Shown here in pieces: positions 9,425 to 19,521 of a DNA stretch of 64,000 nucleotides. The DNA lies in NCBI GenBank assembly GCA_036556545.1, contig DATBJF010000019.1:28007-92006 (forward strand). The letters run 5' to 3'. The translations under genes and the position numbers were made by a program. The notes under the pieces were generated by a model. It had not been told where the DNA came from. It searched no databases and saw only the letters and a program-made list of their open reading frames with translations. How positions within the stretch are numbered: the stretch's first letter is position 1; each line of letters begins with the position of its first letter. This DNA is from Candidatus Methylomirabilota bacterium (GTDB lineage: Bacteria; Methylomirabilota; Methylomirabilia; Rokubacteriales; CSP1-6).

Positions 9425-10897
9425 TCAGCCCTTGCCGGCGGCCGACCGTCCGGCGATGCGTCCGAAGACCGAGCCGGCCATGAGCCCGGCGCCGCCCGGA
9501 TAGTTCTGATAGAAGAGCCCGCCGACCAGCTCGCCGGCGGCGAAAAGACCCGGAATCGGTCGCTGCTCGAGGTCGATCACCTGCCCGCCGGCCGTGATCC
9601 GCAGGCCACCGAACGTGAACGTGATCCCCGTGGTGACAGCGAAGCCGACATAGGGCGGCCTGTCGAGCGGTTGCGCCCAGTTGCTCTTGGGCGGCGTGAT
9701 ACCGCGCGTCCCCTTGCCGTCCTTGATGGCGGGATTGAACGTCCCCGGCAGGACGGCGGCGTTGAACTGCTTGACCGTCTCGACGAAGCCCGCCACGTCG
9801 ATCTCGAGCTTGCGGGCCAGGCCCTCCAGGGTCATGTCCTCCGCCTTGGTCACCTCGCGGATGCGGTACTCCTCGCGCAGCATCTCGATGACCTTCTGGT
9901 CGAAGATCTGGAAGGCGGCGCGGCGCGGCTGCTCGATGACGGCGCGCCCGTACTTCACGTAAGTGTAGTTCCGGAAGTCGGCGCCCTCGTCGACGAAGCG
10001 CTGGCCGCGGATGTTGACGATGATGCCAAGCGGGTAGCTGTGCTTCTGGAAATTGTCGCCGACCTTTCGATCGCCGTGCCAGGGCGCGTTGTAATCCCAC
10101 TGCACGGAGTGGCAGCCGCTCCAGTGGCCCCACGGCTGCGCGCCGATCTCCAGCGCCATGCGGATGCCGTCGCCGGTGTTGTAGGGGGTGCCGCGGACGC
10201 GCGCGAGATCCCAGTTCGGCCCTAGATACCGTGTGCGCATCTCGGGATTGGCCTCGAAGCCGCCGGCGGCGAGCACCACCGCCCGCGTCTCGACCGTCTC
10301 GGTGCCCGCGGGCGTGCGGACGGCGACGCCCGTCACCCGCCCGCGGTCGTCCGTCAGCAGCCGCACCGCTTTCGCCTCGAACCGGACCTCGATGCCGGCC
10401 TTGGTGGCCGAGGCGTACTCCATGTCGATGAGCCCGGGGCCGCCGCCGACCGCCTCGAGCACCAGGCCGCCCCAGAAGCGGAACTTCCCGCCGACCTTGT
10501 AGGCCTGTCGTCCGAACATCGGGATCCACCGCACGCCGCGCTCCCGCATCCACCGCACCGTCGCCTGTGACTCGCGCACGAGCGTGAGCGCCATGTCCGG
10601 ATCGGCCAGATCCTCGGTGACGCGCATGAGGTCGTCGTAGTAGGCGTCCTCGGTGTACGGATCCACCTCCATCGTGGCCGCTTCCTCGTCCGACATGTCG
10701 CCGACGATGGCGCGCAGCTCGTCGAAGGACTTGAAAGCGAAGCGAAAGCCGCCGGCGGTGAAGAAGCCGTTGCCGCCGCGCCACGCCTCCGGCGCCTTCT
10801 CGAGCACCAGGGTGCGCGCGCCCGCCTCGCGGGCGGACAGCGCCGCGCACATCGCCGCGTTGCCGCCGCCGACCACCACGACGTCCCAGTCGCTCAC
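9425..10897 (-). CDS. tcuA: FAD-dependent tricarballylate dehydrogenase TcuA-like flavoprotein
   Basis: VVGGGNAAMCAA, GGFEAN, RGTPYNTGDG, ITFTFGG, NYPGGAGLMAGSVFGR. Confidence 0.8.
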   Translation of the reverse strand: MSDWDVVVVGGGNAAMCAALSAREAGARTLVLEKAPEAWRGGNGFFTAGGFRFAFKSFDELRAIVGDMSDEEAATMEVDPYTEDAYYDDLMRVTEDLADPDMALTLVRESQATVRWMRERGVRWIPMFGRQAYKVGGKFRFWGGLVLEAVGGGPGLIDMEYASATKAGIEVRFEAKAVRLLTDDRGRVTGVAVRTPAGTETVETRAVVLAAGGFEANPEMRTRYLGPNWDLARVRGTPYNTGDGIRMALEIGAQPWGHWSGCHSVQWDYNAPWHGDRKVGDNFQKHSYPLGIIVNIRGQRFVDEGADFRNYTYVKYGRAVIEQPRRAAFQIFDQKVIEMLREEYRIREVTKAEDMTLEGLARKLEIDVAGFVETVKQFNAAVLPGTFNPAIKDGKGTRGITPPKSNWAQPLDRPPYVGFAVTTGITFTFGGLRITAGGQVIDLEQRPIPGLFAAGELVGGLFYQNYPGGAGLMAGSVFGRIAGRSAAGKG

Positions 10898-11211
10898 GAG
10901 TGGATGATCTCGCTGATCTGGACCTGCGGGGTGATGTCGGTGAAGTTGGGCACGTCGGCGAACAGCTCTTTGCCGTGCGGCTTCATGGCCGCCTGGAAAT
11001 CGGCGACCGAGTCGAAATACAGGTGGCCGACACAGGCGAACGGCGCGGGCGCGCCCGGCGCCCCGCCCGCCACGCCCTTGTCGACTTCCACGCGACGCAG
11101 GCCGGCACCGCCGATGCGGTTCTTCACCAGCGTCATGTGCTTGTTCACGTAGTAGTCGTAGTCGAACTTCTTGCCTTCGCCGGTCGGATACATGACGGAC
11201 ACGCGAATCAT
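10894..11211 (-). CDS. EthD-family protein
   Basis: MIRVSVMYP...FDYDYYVNKH...DVPNFTDITPQVQISE. Confidence 0.88.
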   Translation of the reverse strand: MIRVSVMYPTGEGKKFDYDYYVNKHMTLVKNRIGGAGLRRVEVDKGVAGGAPGAPAPFACVGHLYFDSVADFQAAMKPHGKELFADVPNFTDITPQVQISEIIHS

Positions 11212-11266
11212 GCGCGCCTCCTCGAGTCGTGGTTGCGGCGTAACGTATGCCGCGTTCAGAGGCGTG

Positions 11267-12064
11267 TCAACTGCGGGGCGACGTCGCGGCCGCGCGCGCC
11301 TCGCGCAGCATCGCGATCAGCGTCTCTCGACTCTCCCCGGCCGTGGTGACCTCGCGGGGGAAGGCGATGCGCACGCTCGACAGTCGCTGGCCCTGACGAA
11401 GGCGGAGCTTGAATCCGAGCCGGTCGACGGCCACCATCGTGGCCTCGTCGGCCACCTCGCGCGCGAAGTAGCGCGCGTACTCGACGAGAGCGCCGGCATG
11501 GTCACGATTCATGTGGTCGATGATGCCGGGCGCGGCGTCGGCGAGCGGGTCGGCCCGCGCGCCGCGATAGTCGGCCGCCGTCACCCAGTCCATCGCCGCG
11601 AAGCCGCCGACGAAATAGAGGTCGGCCACGTCCAGCCGCCACAGCGAGAAGTCCTCGAAGTCCGCCCAGTAGCGGGCGCGCTCGTGCCGCGCCAGGTATG
11701 CGCCCCGGGCACTCGGCGCCTCCGCGCTCGCCACCGGCCGGGCCTCGCCGATCAGCGTGAGTCGTCCGGCCGCCAGCGGGTCGCCCGTCCAGCCGGGCTG
11801 GGTGATGAGGAGGCTCGCGCGCGGATCCGCTTCGAGGTTCTGCGTATGCATGGCCATGGCGCTGATGAGGAACAGCGGGCGGCCGTCGGCGTCGAGGGCG
11901 TACGGCATCACGGACGCGAACGGATGACCGGGATGTCGACGTGACAGTGTGGCCAGTGAGCCGGTGCGCCCGAGGTACGCGAGCGTCCGCGCCCGCTCGG
12001 CAAACGTCGGCTCGGGGATGGCGGGCGCGTCGGCGCCGCCTGGCGGCCCCGCATGCCTGTTCAT
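11267..12064 (-). CDS. HugZ/pyridoxamine-5'-phosphate-oxidase-like protein with DUF2470-type domain
   Basis: HPFASV, MHTQNL, FVGGFAAMDW, IIDHMNRDH. Confidence 0.85.
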   Translation of the reverse strand: MNRHAGPPGGADAPAIPEPTFAERARTLAYLGRTGSLATLSRRHPGHPFASVMPYALDADGRPLFLISAMAMHTQNLEADPRASLLITQPGWTGDPLAAGRLTLIGEARPVASAEAPSARGAYLARHERARYWADFEDFSLWRLDVADLYFVGGFAAMDWVTAADYRGARADPLADAAPGIIDHMNRDHAGALVEYARYFAREVADEATMVAVDRLGFKLRLRQGQRLSSVRIAFPREVTTAGESRETLIAMLREARAAATSPRS

Positions 12065-12074
12065 GCCGCCGAGC

Positions 12075-14996
12075 TTACTCCCGCGTGGCCGTGAACGGGC
12101 AGATCTGGCTGTACGCGCAGTAGCGGCAGGCCTGACGCGAGGGCGTGGCGTCGAAGCGGCGCGCCCGAATCCCGTCGGCGGCGGCGCGCACGGCCGTGAC
12201 AGCCGCCTCCGCGTCCTCGTCCGTCGGCGCGTGGGATCCGATGACGTGCGATTCGATGAAGCGGAGCTGCACGCGCTGCGGCAGCCGCCCGCTCATCTCC
12301 CGCCACGCCAGTGCGTACATCTTGAGCTGCAGGCTCGAGGCCACGCGGCGATCGGCGTCCCGCTGCCGCGTGATCTCGCTGGTCTTGTAGTCGATGATGG
12401 TGGCGCCGAGCAGATCCTCGTCCACGCGATCGAAGCGCCCGCGCACCCGGTTGGCGCCGATGCTGAACGCGAAGTCCTTCTCGATGTGCGTGGGCTTGAC
12501 GCCCTCGGCCTCTTCCTGATGCCAGAAGCGCGTGAGCGCCTCCCGGCCGGCGGCCTTCCGCGCCTCCTGATGCTCCCAGGTCAGGAATCCCTGGTTCAAC
12601 CACTTCTTGTCGTACTCCGCGAGCAGATCCTCGAGCGACGTGTAATTGCCCTCGACGCGGCGCTTCAGATAGAACTCGACGACGGCGTGGATCGTGCTGC
12701 CGTAGACCACCGTGTGATGGCGGAGGATCGGCACGCGCAGCAGGTGCACATAGCGGTACTTCAACGGGCACGTCTGGTAGTCGTCGACCTGCTTGTGGCT
12801 CAGCAGGAGCTCCTCGTCCGGGGCCATCGGAGACGCGCCGTCCTCGAGCGGCGTCGGCGGCGGCGCGAAGCGCTCCAGCTCCTCCACGGCCTTCGCCTTG
12901 AACGGCCGCGCGGCGTCCTTGGGGAGGTCGAGCGCTTCCAGCACGAACTGACTGACCTTGCGCTCGCGGGCTCCACCGTAGTCGCGCGCACTGGTCAGGA
13001 CGAGCTCGCGGCGCGCGCGCGTCATCCCGACGTAGAAGAGACGCCGCTCCTCCTGCGCGTGGAAATCACCGGCCGGCAGGACGTCCTTGACCAGCTCCAC
13101 GGGCAGCTCCAGAGCGTCGCGCCGCTTCGGCGTCGGAAAACGCCCCTGCACCAGGTGCACGAGGAAGACGACGGGGAATTCCAGACCCTTCGCCTTGTGC
13201 ACGGTGAGGACGCGCACCGCCGGCGTCTCCACGTCGGCCTCCGCCACCGCCGGGTCTTCGCCGGCCTCGATCAGCGCGTCGAGGTGCTTCACGAACTCGC
13301 GGATGTTGTCGTACTTCAGCGCCTTCGAGGCGTCGAGGATTCTCCGGAAGAACTTGGAGATGTTCTGCACTTCTGCTTCGTCGCGGGCAGTGGCCGCCTT
13401 GGACATCCGCGCGAGCCAGCCGGAGTCGACGAGGAACTGATAGAGCAGCTCGCCGGTCGGCATCTCCCGGCCAAGCTCCATGTAGCGGACGAGATCGCTC
13501 ACCAGGTGCCGGATGGCCAGCCGCGCTTCCTCGCCGAGCTCTCCAGCCAGCTCGGGAATCGTCTCCGCGCCCTTCAGCACGTCGAACAGCCACCGGTGCT
13601 TGCGATCCGCGTGCGTGGCGCACCGTGTGAGGTCCACGATCGGCACGCCGTAGAGATCCGAGGAGGCGAGATAGTGAAGGCTGACCGAATCGTCGGGATG
13701 CGCCACTGACCGGAGGAACGCCAGCAGCAGCCGCACTTCCGGACGCCCGTAGAGGCCGGCGTTCCCGGAAAACGTCCACGGGATCGCGCGCAGGTTGAGC
13801 GAGCGCAGGAACGGATCCGCATCGTCGTTGGAGCGCACGAGGATCGCCACGTCGTTCAGCTTCCACACGCCCTGCTCGACGCGGTCGCGGATGGTGGTCG
13901 CGACCTGGTCGGCCTCCTGGGTGGCCGTCTCGAAGTGCCAGTGCTGCGGCTCCGGACCGACCGGCTCGCGCACGGCGGTGAGATGCTTGACGATGCCGCT
14001 CTTCACCTCCAGGCGGTCCGGGTTGTTGTGCTGGATCAGGCGGTACGCCGCGTCCAGGATTCCCTGATGGGAGCGAAAATTCTCCGTCAATACGATCTGC
14101 CGCGCGTCCGCATAGCGCTCGAGGAAGCCAAGGACGTTGGAGATGGCGGCCCCACGCCACTTGTAGATACTCTGGTCGTCGTCGGCCACCACCGCCACGT
14201 TGTGATGCCGCGCGGCCAGAAGCTTGACGAGCTCGAACTGCGCATAGTTCGTGTCCTGGAACTCGTCGACGAGAACGTACTTGAAGCGCCGCTGGTAGAA
14301 TGACAGCACGTGCGGCCGCGCCCGCAAGAGCCGCAGCGCCAGCACGATCTGGTCGCCGAAATCGATGTTGCCCTCGCGCAGCATCAGGGCCTGATAGGCC
14401 TCGTACACGGCCGCCAGCTCCGCCTGAGCGGCGGCACGATCGCCCGCATCCTGATCGTCCGGCACCGCCGCCACCGCTTCCCGGAGCCGCCTGGCACAGG
14501 CGACGTAGTCGTCGGGCGAGATATCTTCATCCTTGCAGCGGCTGACGAGGGTGATGATGGCCTGCAGGTGCCGCGTCGGATCGCCGAGCGGCCGGTACCG
14601 TCCCAGCGGCAGCTCGAAGAGCCGATCGCGAAGGAAAATCACCTGCTCCGCCCGGCTCAGGACCTTGAAGTCGTTGCGCAGTCCGAGCTCGAGGGAGTGT
14701 CCCCGGAGCAGCGAATCGCCGAAGGCGTGGAAGGTGGCGATCTCGACATCGGCATAGCCGTACGGCACGAGCTCATCGACTCGCGCCTCCATCTCCGCCG
14801 CCGCCTTGTCGGTAAAGGTCAGCGCCAGAATCTCTTCCGGCCGCGCCTTCCCCTGGGCGATGAGATGAGCGATCCGCCGCGTGATGACCGTCGTCTTGCC
14901 CGTCCCGGCCCCGGCGACGATGAGCAACGGCCCCGTGTCGTGGGTGACGGCCTCGCGCTGCCCCAGATTCAGGCCATCAAGGATCCCACCCGCCAT
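12075..14996 (-). CDS. UvrD/PcrA-type helicase fused to a C-terminal PD-(D/E)XK nuclease (AdnA/AdnB-like)
   Basis: AGAGTGKT, VDEFQD, HKAKGLEF, YVGMTRAR; GRFDRVD...IIDYKT...QLKMY; four Cys (CPLKY...CRYC...ICP). Confidence 0.9.
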   Translation of the reverse strand: MAGGILDGLNLGQREAVTHDTGPLLIVAGAGTGKTTVITRRIAHLIAQGKARPEEILALTFTDKAAAEMEARVDELVPYGYADVEIATFHAFGDSLLRGHSLELGLRNDFKVLSRAEQVIFLRDRLFELPLGRYRPLGDPTRHLQAIITLVSRCKDEDISPDDYVACARRLREAVAAVPDDQDAGDRAAAQAELAAVYEAYQALMLREGNIDFGDQIVLALRLLRARPHVLSFYQRRFKYVLVDEFQDTNYAQFELVKLLAARHHNVAVVADDDQSIYKWRGAAISNVLGFLERYADARQIVLTENFRSHQGILDAAYRLIQHNNPDRLEVKSGIVKHLTAVREPVGPEPQHWHFETATQEADQVATTIRDRVEQGVWKLNDVAILVRSNDDADPFLRSLNLRAIPWTFSGNAGLYGRPEVRLLLAFLRSVAHPDDSVSLHYLASSDLYGVPIVDLTRCATHADRKHRWLFDVLKGAETIPELAGELGEEARLAIRHLVSDLVRYMELGREMPTGELLYQFLVDSGWLARMSKAATARDEAEVQNISKFFRRILDASKALKYDNIREFVKHLDALIEAGEDPAVAEADVETPAVRVLTVHKAKGLEFPVVFLVHLVQGRFPTPKRRDALELPVELVKDVLPAGDFHAQEERRLFYVGMTRARRELVLTSARDYGGARERKVSQFVLEALDLPKDAARPFKAKAVEELERFAPPPTPLEDGASPMAPDEELLLSHKQVDDYQTCPLKYRYVHLLRVPILRHHTVVYGSTIHAVVEFYLKRRVEGNYTSLEDLLAEYDKKWLNQGFLTWEHQEARKAAGREALTRFWHQEEAEGVKPTHIEKDFAFSIGANRVRGRFDRVDEDLLGATIIDYKTSEITRQRDADRRVASSLQLKMYALAWREMSGRLPQRVQLRFIESHVIGSHAPTDEDAEAAVTAVRAAADGIRARRFDATPSRQACRYCAYSQICPFTATRE

Positions 14997-15161
14997 GCTC
15001 GAACGACTATAGCAGGACCGCGGTTCACCATAGGCTTACCGACCCCGCGTGATGAGTCCCGGGGGGCGTCCGAAAAGCTCGTTGACTTCACCTAAGTGTG
15101 CCTGATATTTGCTCTTCTTTACGCATGCACAAGCTAGAATGCTCGTTATCGAGGGACTCCT

Positions 15162-16412
15162 TTGATTGAGACTCAACGACGGCAGGTTGTGATAACGGGG
15201 CTCGGCGTTGTCGCGCCAAATGGGCTTGGCAAAGACGCCTTCTGGGCCAATATTGTCGCGGGCAAATCCGCCATCCGCCGGATCTCGCTGTTTGATGCCT
15301 CATCGTATCCGTGCCAAACCGCCGCCGAGGTCTCAGGATTTCAGCCTGAAGCTTTTATGTTGCCGGCACGCGCGAAGCATCGTGGCCGGTTTTCCCAATT
15401 CGCCGTCGCTGCGGCAAAGCTCGCTTTGAAGGACGCCCTCTTCGATGTGAAAGACCTTAAGAAAGTTCGCGGCGAGCGGTTAAGGATCGGCATGGGAACG
15501 TCAATGGGCGGTGCGGGCGATGTTATTGAAGACGCTCGGATCGGCTTCGCAAGAAACGGCTTCAAAGGTATTCCGATTGTTAGCGGCCTTGAGTTCGCCG
15601 CACATGCTGCCGTTAGCCATGTGTCCGTTGAACTGGGCATCCACGGCCAGGCGCTGACACTTGGCTCCGCATGCACAACCGGCTTCGATGCCGTCGATTG
15701 GGCAACATCACAAATTGTCGACGGACACGCAGACGTGGCGCTCGCCGGTGCTACTGATGCACCTCTGGCCGAGTTCGCATATGCAGCCCTGTCGGCGCTG
15801 GGCATTTTTGCCTCCGACGGGATTTGCCGTCCCTACGATCTAAACCGTAGCGGCATGGTTCTTGGGGAAGGTGCGGCTGTCTTAGTCCTCGAGGAAATCG
15901 GCCATGCGATGACTAGAGGCGCTCCTATTTATGCGGAGGTGTTATCGGCCGGCCACGGCAATGAGGGGGGGTTTGGTCCTCGCACCGACAGCGCGGAAAA
16001 GGCGCTCGCGAGCGCTATTCGAGCCGCCCTTTCACGAGCATGCCTCACACCTACGGACATCGACTACATCAGCGCCCATGGCAATGGCCTTCCAGACTAC
16101 GACCTCGTGGAAACACGTGCTTTCAAAGACGCGCTCGGCGAGACTGCGTATAACATTCCTATCAGCTCGATCAAATCAATGATTGGTCATGCGATGGGAG
16201 CTGGTTCTGTGCTTCAAGTCGCAGCGAGCTGTTTATCTATCCAGCATGGATTGATTCCGCCCACCATAAATCTGGAGACTCCCGACCCGGAGTGCGATTT
16301 GGACTATGTGCCACAAAAAGCACGCGTTGCGCGTGTGCGTCGCGTTCTTCTCAATGCCCACGCCATGGGCGGAACACATTCTGTTCTAGTTTTGGGTGCA
16401 CCTGCCAATTGA
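15162..16412 (+). CDS. Orphan beta-ketoacyl synthase (FabF/KS-alpha-like)
   Basis: VVITGLGVVAPNG, SACTTG (Cys), AHGNG and KSMIGH (His-His), PDPECDLDYVP; TTG start uncertain. Confidence 0.88.
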   Translation: MIETQRRQVVITGLGVVAPNGLGKDAFWANIVAGKSAIRRISLFDASSYPCQTAAEVSGFQPEAFMLPARAKHRGRFSQFAVAAAKLALKDALFDVKDLKKVRGERLRIGMGTSMGGAGDVIEDARIGFARNGFKGIPIVSGLEFAAHAAVSHVSVELGIHGQALTLGSACTTGFDAVDWATSQIVDGHADVALAGATDAPLAEFAYAALSALGIFASDGICRPYDLNRSGMVLGEGAAVLVLEEIGHAMTRGAPIYAEVLSAGHGNEGGFGPRTDSAEKALASAIRAALSRACLTPTDIDYISAHGNGLPDYDLVETRAFKDALGETAYNIPISSIKSMIGHAMGAGSVLQVAASCLSIQHGLIPPTINLETPDPECDLDYVPQKARVARVRRVLLNAHAMGGTHSVLVLGAPAN

Positions 16413-18544
16413 TGAGCAAGACTCTCGTAGTTCTCGCATTGACCACACTTGCGCACGCCCTGCTCAGCCTTGCTGTCTGGCGATCAAAAGCATCCGGTCC
16501 GGCCAATCGGGCATTTGTGTATCTGGCGCTCACCATGGGTCTCTGGACGATCAGCAATGGACTTGTCAGCACCTACGCCGATAGCCCTTCAGGCATTCTT
16601 TGGGCGCGGTTAGTTTTCTTCGCGGCCTCGCTCATGCCGTTGTGGCTGTTCCAGTTCGTAGCAGCATTTCCGACATCCAACCCGCCTGTCTCCGCACGCT
16701 TGCAGTTGGCGATGACGATTTGTGCACTAGCCGCATGCATCTCATCCCTGACGCCCCTCGTTGCCCGCGCGACATCGTCGGTCGACGAGGCATTAAAGAT
16801 GTCGTATGGAGTTCTCTATCCAATCTTTGGGGTGTATCTGATTGTTTCCGTCACGGGCAGCTTGGTGCTGCTTACCCGCAAACTTCGACTGCACCGCGGC
16901 ATCGAAAGGATTCAGCTGCAGTTCGTGTTGCTCGGTATCAGCATTGCCGCAGTAGGGGGTTCAACCGCAAATCTGATTGTCCCGCTCCTTTTCGGGACGT
17001 CACGTCTCAACGTGTACGGTCCGATCTTTGGTCTACTTATGGTCGCAGTGTTTGCACATGCGATGATTCGCTACCGGCTATTGAACGTACAGTTGGTTGT
17101 GCGGCGCGGCATAACAGAGGTGGCGGCTTCGCTCACTGCTGGATTGGCGTTTCTCGGCGTCGCCGAATTGGTTGCGTGGGTTTTTGCCCTCGAACCGCGA
17201 GCGCTACCGCTTCCTGTGACTCTTCTCGCCGCCCTAATCGTCGCGCAGGTGTTTCAACCGCTACGTAAAGGCGTCCAGGCAGCGCTTGATTATTACTTCT
17301 TTCGGACGCCGTACGACTATCCGGCGGCACTTCGCGAAATCAGTCGCGCGATGAGCGACATTGTTGATCTGAGAACGCTGTTCGAATACACCTGTCGCGC
17401 CATTGCGGAAACGCTGCACGCCGAGCGCGTAGCACTCTACGTAGGCGACTCTGGCGGGTCGGAATACCGGCTTGAGGCGTCTCTAGGGGCGGACAACCCG
17501 ACTTTACCGGGCACGATTTGGGAATCGTCGCTCTTGGTCCAGTCCCTCCGTGGTGGGAATCGAATATCACTTGTCGTAACTGATCTTCGGCGTCGCGATG
17601 TTAACTTGCCCGCTTCGGCGCTCGAAGAATTGCAACGTCTTGGAGCAGAGTGTGTGTTGGCGGTTCTCATGCATGGACAATTCGTCGGCTTCTACGTGAT
17701 CGGCCGCAAGCGATCAGGTGATCCTTACTTTAGAGAAGACATCGACCTGGTGAGTGCCGTTGCGAGCCAGGTTGGTATCGCCATTCGACTGCACGTTCAG
17801 ATCGGTCTCGCCGAAGCCGAGAAACGTCGGGCGGAGCGGCTCGTGTCATTCGGCGCAGTTGCACGCGAGCTTGCTCACGAGATCAAGAATCCGCTTGTGG
17901 CTATCCGGACATTCGCGGAACTACTGCCTGAGCGGGTCGGAGACAGAGACTTCCGTGAGTCCTTCGGGAAGATCGTATTGCAAGAAATCGGTCGCATCGA
18001 CCAGCTTGTCGCGAGATTGCGAAGCTTCGCTGCCCCGCCGATTCCACGTTTCGTACCAGTTGATTTCGCTCAGCTACTTCGCGAGACCCTCGCGCTGCTT
18101 CGCGGAGAAATCGAGAGGGCAAGGGTTCGCGTAACGATCATTGGCGATCGCGCAATCCCGGTGATCCTGGGAGACCAAGCGCAATTAAAGCAACTGCTCC
18201 TGAACATCTTGATGAACGCTCTCGAAGCGGTCGATAAAGGAGGCCAGATAACGGTTCGGCTCTCCTACCATCCTGCGCAACAACTTGTTCTCGAGGTTGA
18301 GGATACTGGCCCGGGTGTGCCTGCCGAACTACTTCCTACCATTTTCGATGCCTTCGTAACGACAAAGCCGGAGGGATCGGGTCTCGGCCTTGCAATCGGG
18401 CGCGCGATCGCGAATGCGCATCATGCGACGATCCGGGCAGAGAACTGTCCCGGCGGACGCGGCTTCAAGATGCTGTTGGAGTTTCCGGTACCTGAAAAAG
18501 CTGCATTCGAACGTAGGGCTGGAGACCCGGCACTGGTTCAGTAG
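16412..18544 (+). CDS. 7TM-GAF-HisKA-HATPase sensor histidine kinase
   Basis: ATG overlaps KS stop (TGATG); multi-TM N-terminus, KRSGDPY..EDIDL GAF, AHEIKNPL, DTGPG, GSGLGL. Confidence 0.9.
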   Translation: MSKTLVVLALTTLAHALLSLAVWRSKASGPANRAFVYLALTMGLWTISNGLVSTYADSPSGILWARLVFFAASLMPLWLFQFVAAFPTSNPPVSARLQLAMTICALAACISSLTPLVARATSSVDEALKMSYGVLYPIFGVYLIVSVTGSLVLLTRKLRLHRGIERIQLQFVLLGISIAAVGGSTANLIVPLLFGTSRLNVYGPIFGLLMVAVFAHAMIRYRLLNVQLVVRRGITEVAASLTAGLAFLGVAELVAWVFALEPRALPLPVTLLAALIVAQVFQPLRKGVQAALDYYFFRTPYDYPAALREISRAMSDIVDLRTLFEYTCRAIAETLHAERVALYVGDSGGSEYRLEASLGADNPTLPGTIWESSLLVQSLRGGNRISLVVTDLRRRDVNLPASALEELQRLGAECVLAVLMHGQFVGFYVIGRKRSGDPYFREDIDLVSAVASQVGIAIRLHVQIGLAEAEKRRAERLVSFGAVARELAHEIKNPLVAIRTFAELLPERVGDRDFRESFGKIVLQEIGRIDQLVARLRSFAAPPIPRFVPVDFAQLLRETLALLRGEIERARVRVTIIGDRAIPVILGDQAQLKQLLLNILMNALEAVDKGGQITVRLSYHPAQQLVLEVEDTGPGVPAELLPTIFDAFVTTKPEGSGLGLAIGRAIANAHHATIRAENCPGGRGFKMLLEFPVPEKAAFERRAGDPALVQ

Positions 18545-18576
18545 AGCGGACTGCCCCTCGACAATGGCGCTACAGC

Positions 18577-19521
18577 TCATCGACGGACGTCCGGTCCTCC
18601 GGCAAGAGCATCGAGAACGTCACGCTCTTTGATGACGGCGATATCTCCCCACGTTGAACACTTTAGTGCGGCTACCGTCGACGCAATATCGACGGCATCC
18701 TGTGTCCCGCGATTCCGGAGCGATGCCCAAAGATATCCCGCCACGTAAGCATCACCGGCGCCTATTGGGTCGATAACCCTCACTACGTGCTGAACCTTCG
18801 GCCTCCAAATCTCGCCACGGTAAATGACTGTCGAACCTTCGGCACCTCGCAGGAGAGCGATGGTCGCGTTGGGCGCCAAGCCCGCTAACCCTCTCAGTAT
18901 CGTTTCTGGCGACCCGGTCGCTTGGAGCACAGTCTCCGCTTCTGTCTGACCGAGAAAAAAGTATCGAACACGCGGAAGAACCGACAGAGCGAAGGTTTTT
19001 GCTTCAGCAGGTCCCCATAACGCCGCGCGATAATTCAAATCAAACGAAACTTCAGTTGCTTCCTCAAATACTCGCCGCACTAGGGCACGGGCGTTGTCGC
19101 CTAACGCTGGAGTTACACCGCTGATATGGACGAGTCTCGCATGTCGAACAGGCTGCCAGTCGACCATATCAGGGCTCAGCCGGGCAAATGCCGAGTCGCT
19201 GCGATCATACAGCACCTGAATTGGACGGGGCGGAACGCCGTACTCGAGAAAGTAGAGGCCCAAGCGGCAACCGGTGCACAAGATAACTGAGGAGCAATCG
19301 ACGCCATGGTTCCGCAGTTCTCGGAGTACACGGTCACCCCATACGTTGTCAGGCAGCGCAGAAACCCATGCCGTCCGCAGTCCGAGCCGCGCACATGCGG
19401 CCGCAACATTTGCCTCCGCTCCACCGAACTGCACATCAAGTTGATGCGTCGTTTCAAATCTCGAAGGTGAAGGAACGGAGAGCCGCAGAAGTACTTCGCC
19501 TAGTGTGACCAGATCGTGCAT
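18577..19521 (-). CDS. PfkB-family sugar kinase (2-keto-3-deoxygluconate kinase-like)
   Basis: GGAEANVA, FDLNYR, DPIGAGDAY. Confidence 0.88.
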   Translation of the reverse strand: MHDLVTLGEVLLRLSVPSPSRFETTHQLDVQFGGAEANVAAACARLGLRTAWVSALPDNVWGDRVLRELRNHGVDCSSVILCTGCRLGLYFLEYGVPPRPIQVLYDRSDSAFARLSPDMVDWQPVRHARLVHISGVTPALGDNARALVRRVFEEATEVSFDLNYRAALWGPAEAKTFALSVLPRVRYFFLGQTEAETVLQATGSPETILRGLAGLAPNATIALLRGAEGSTVIYRGEIWRPKVQHVVRVIDPIGAGDAYVAGYLWASLRNRGTQDAVDIASTVAALKCSTWGDIAVIKERDVLDALAGGPDVRR

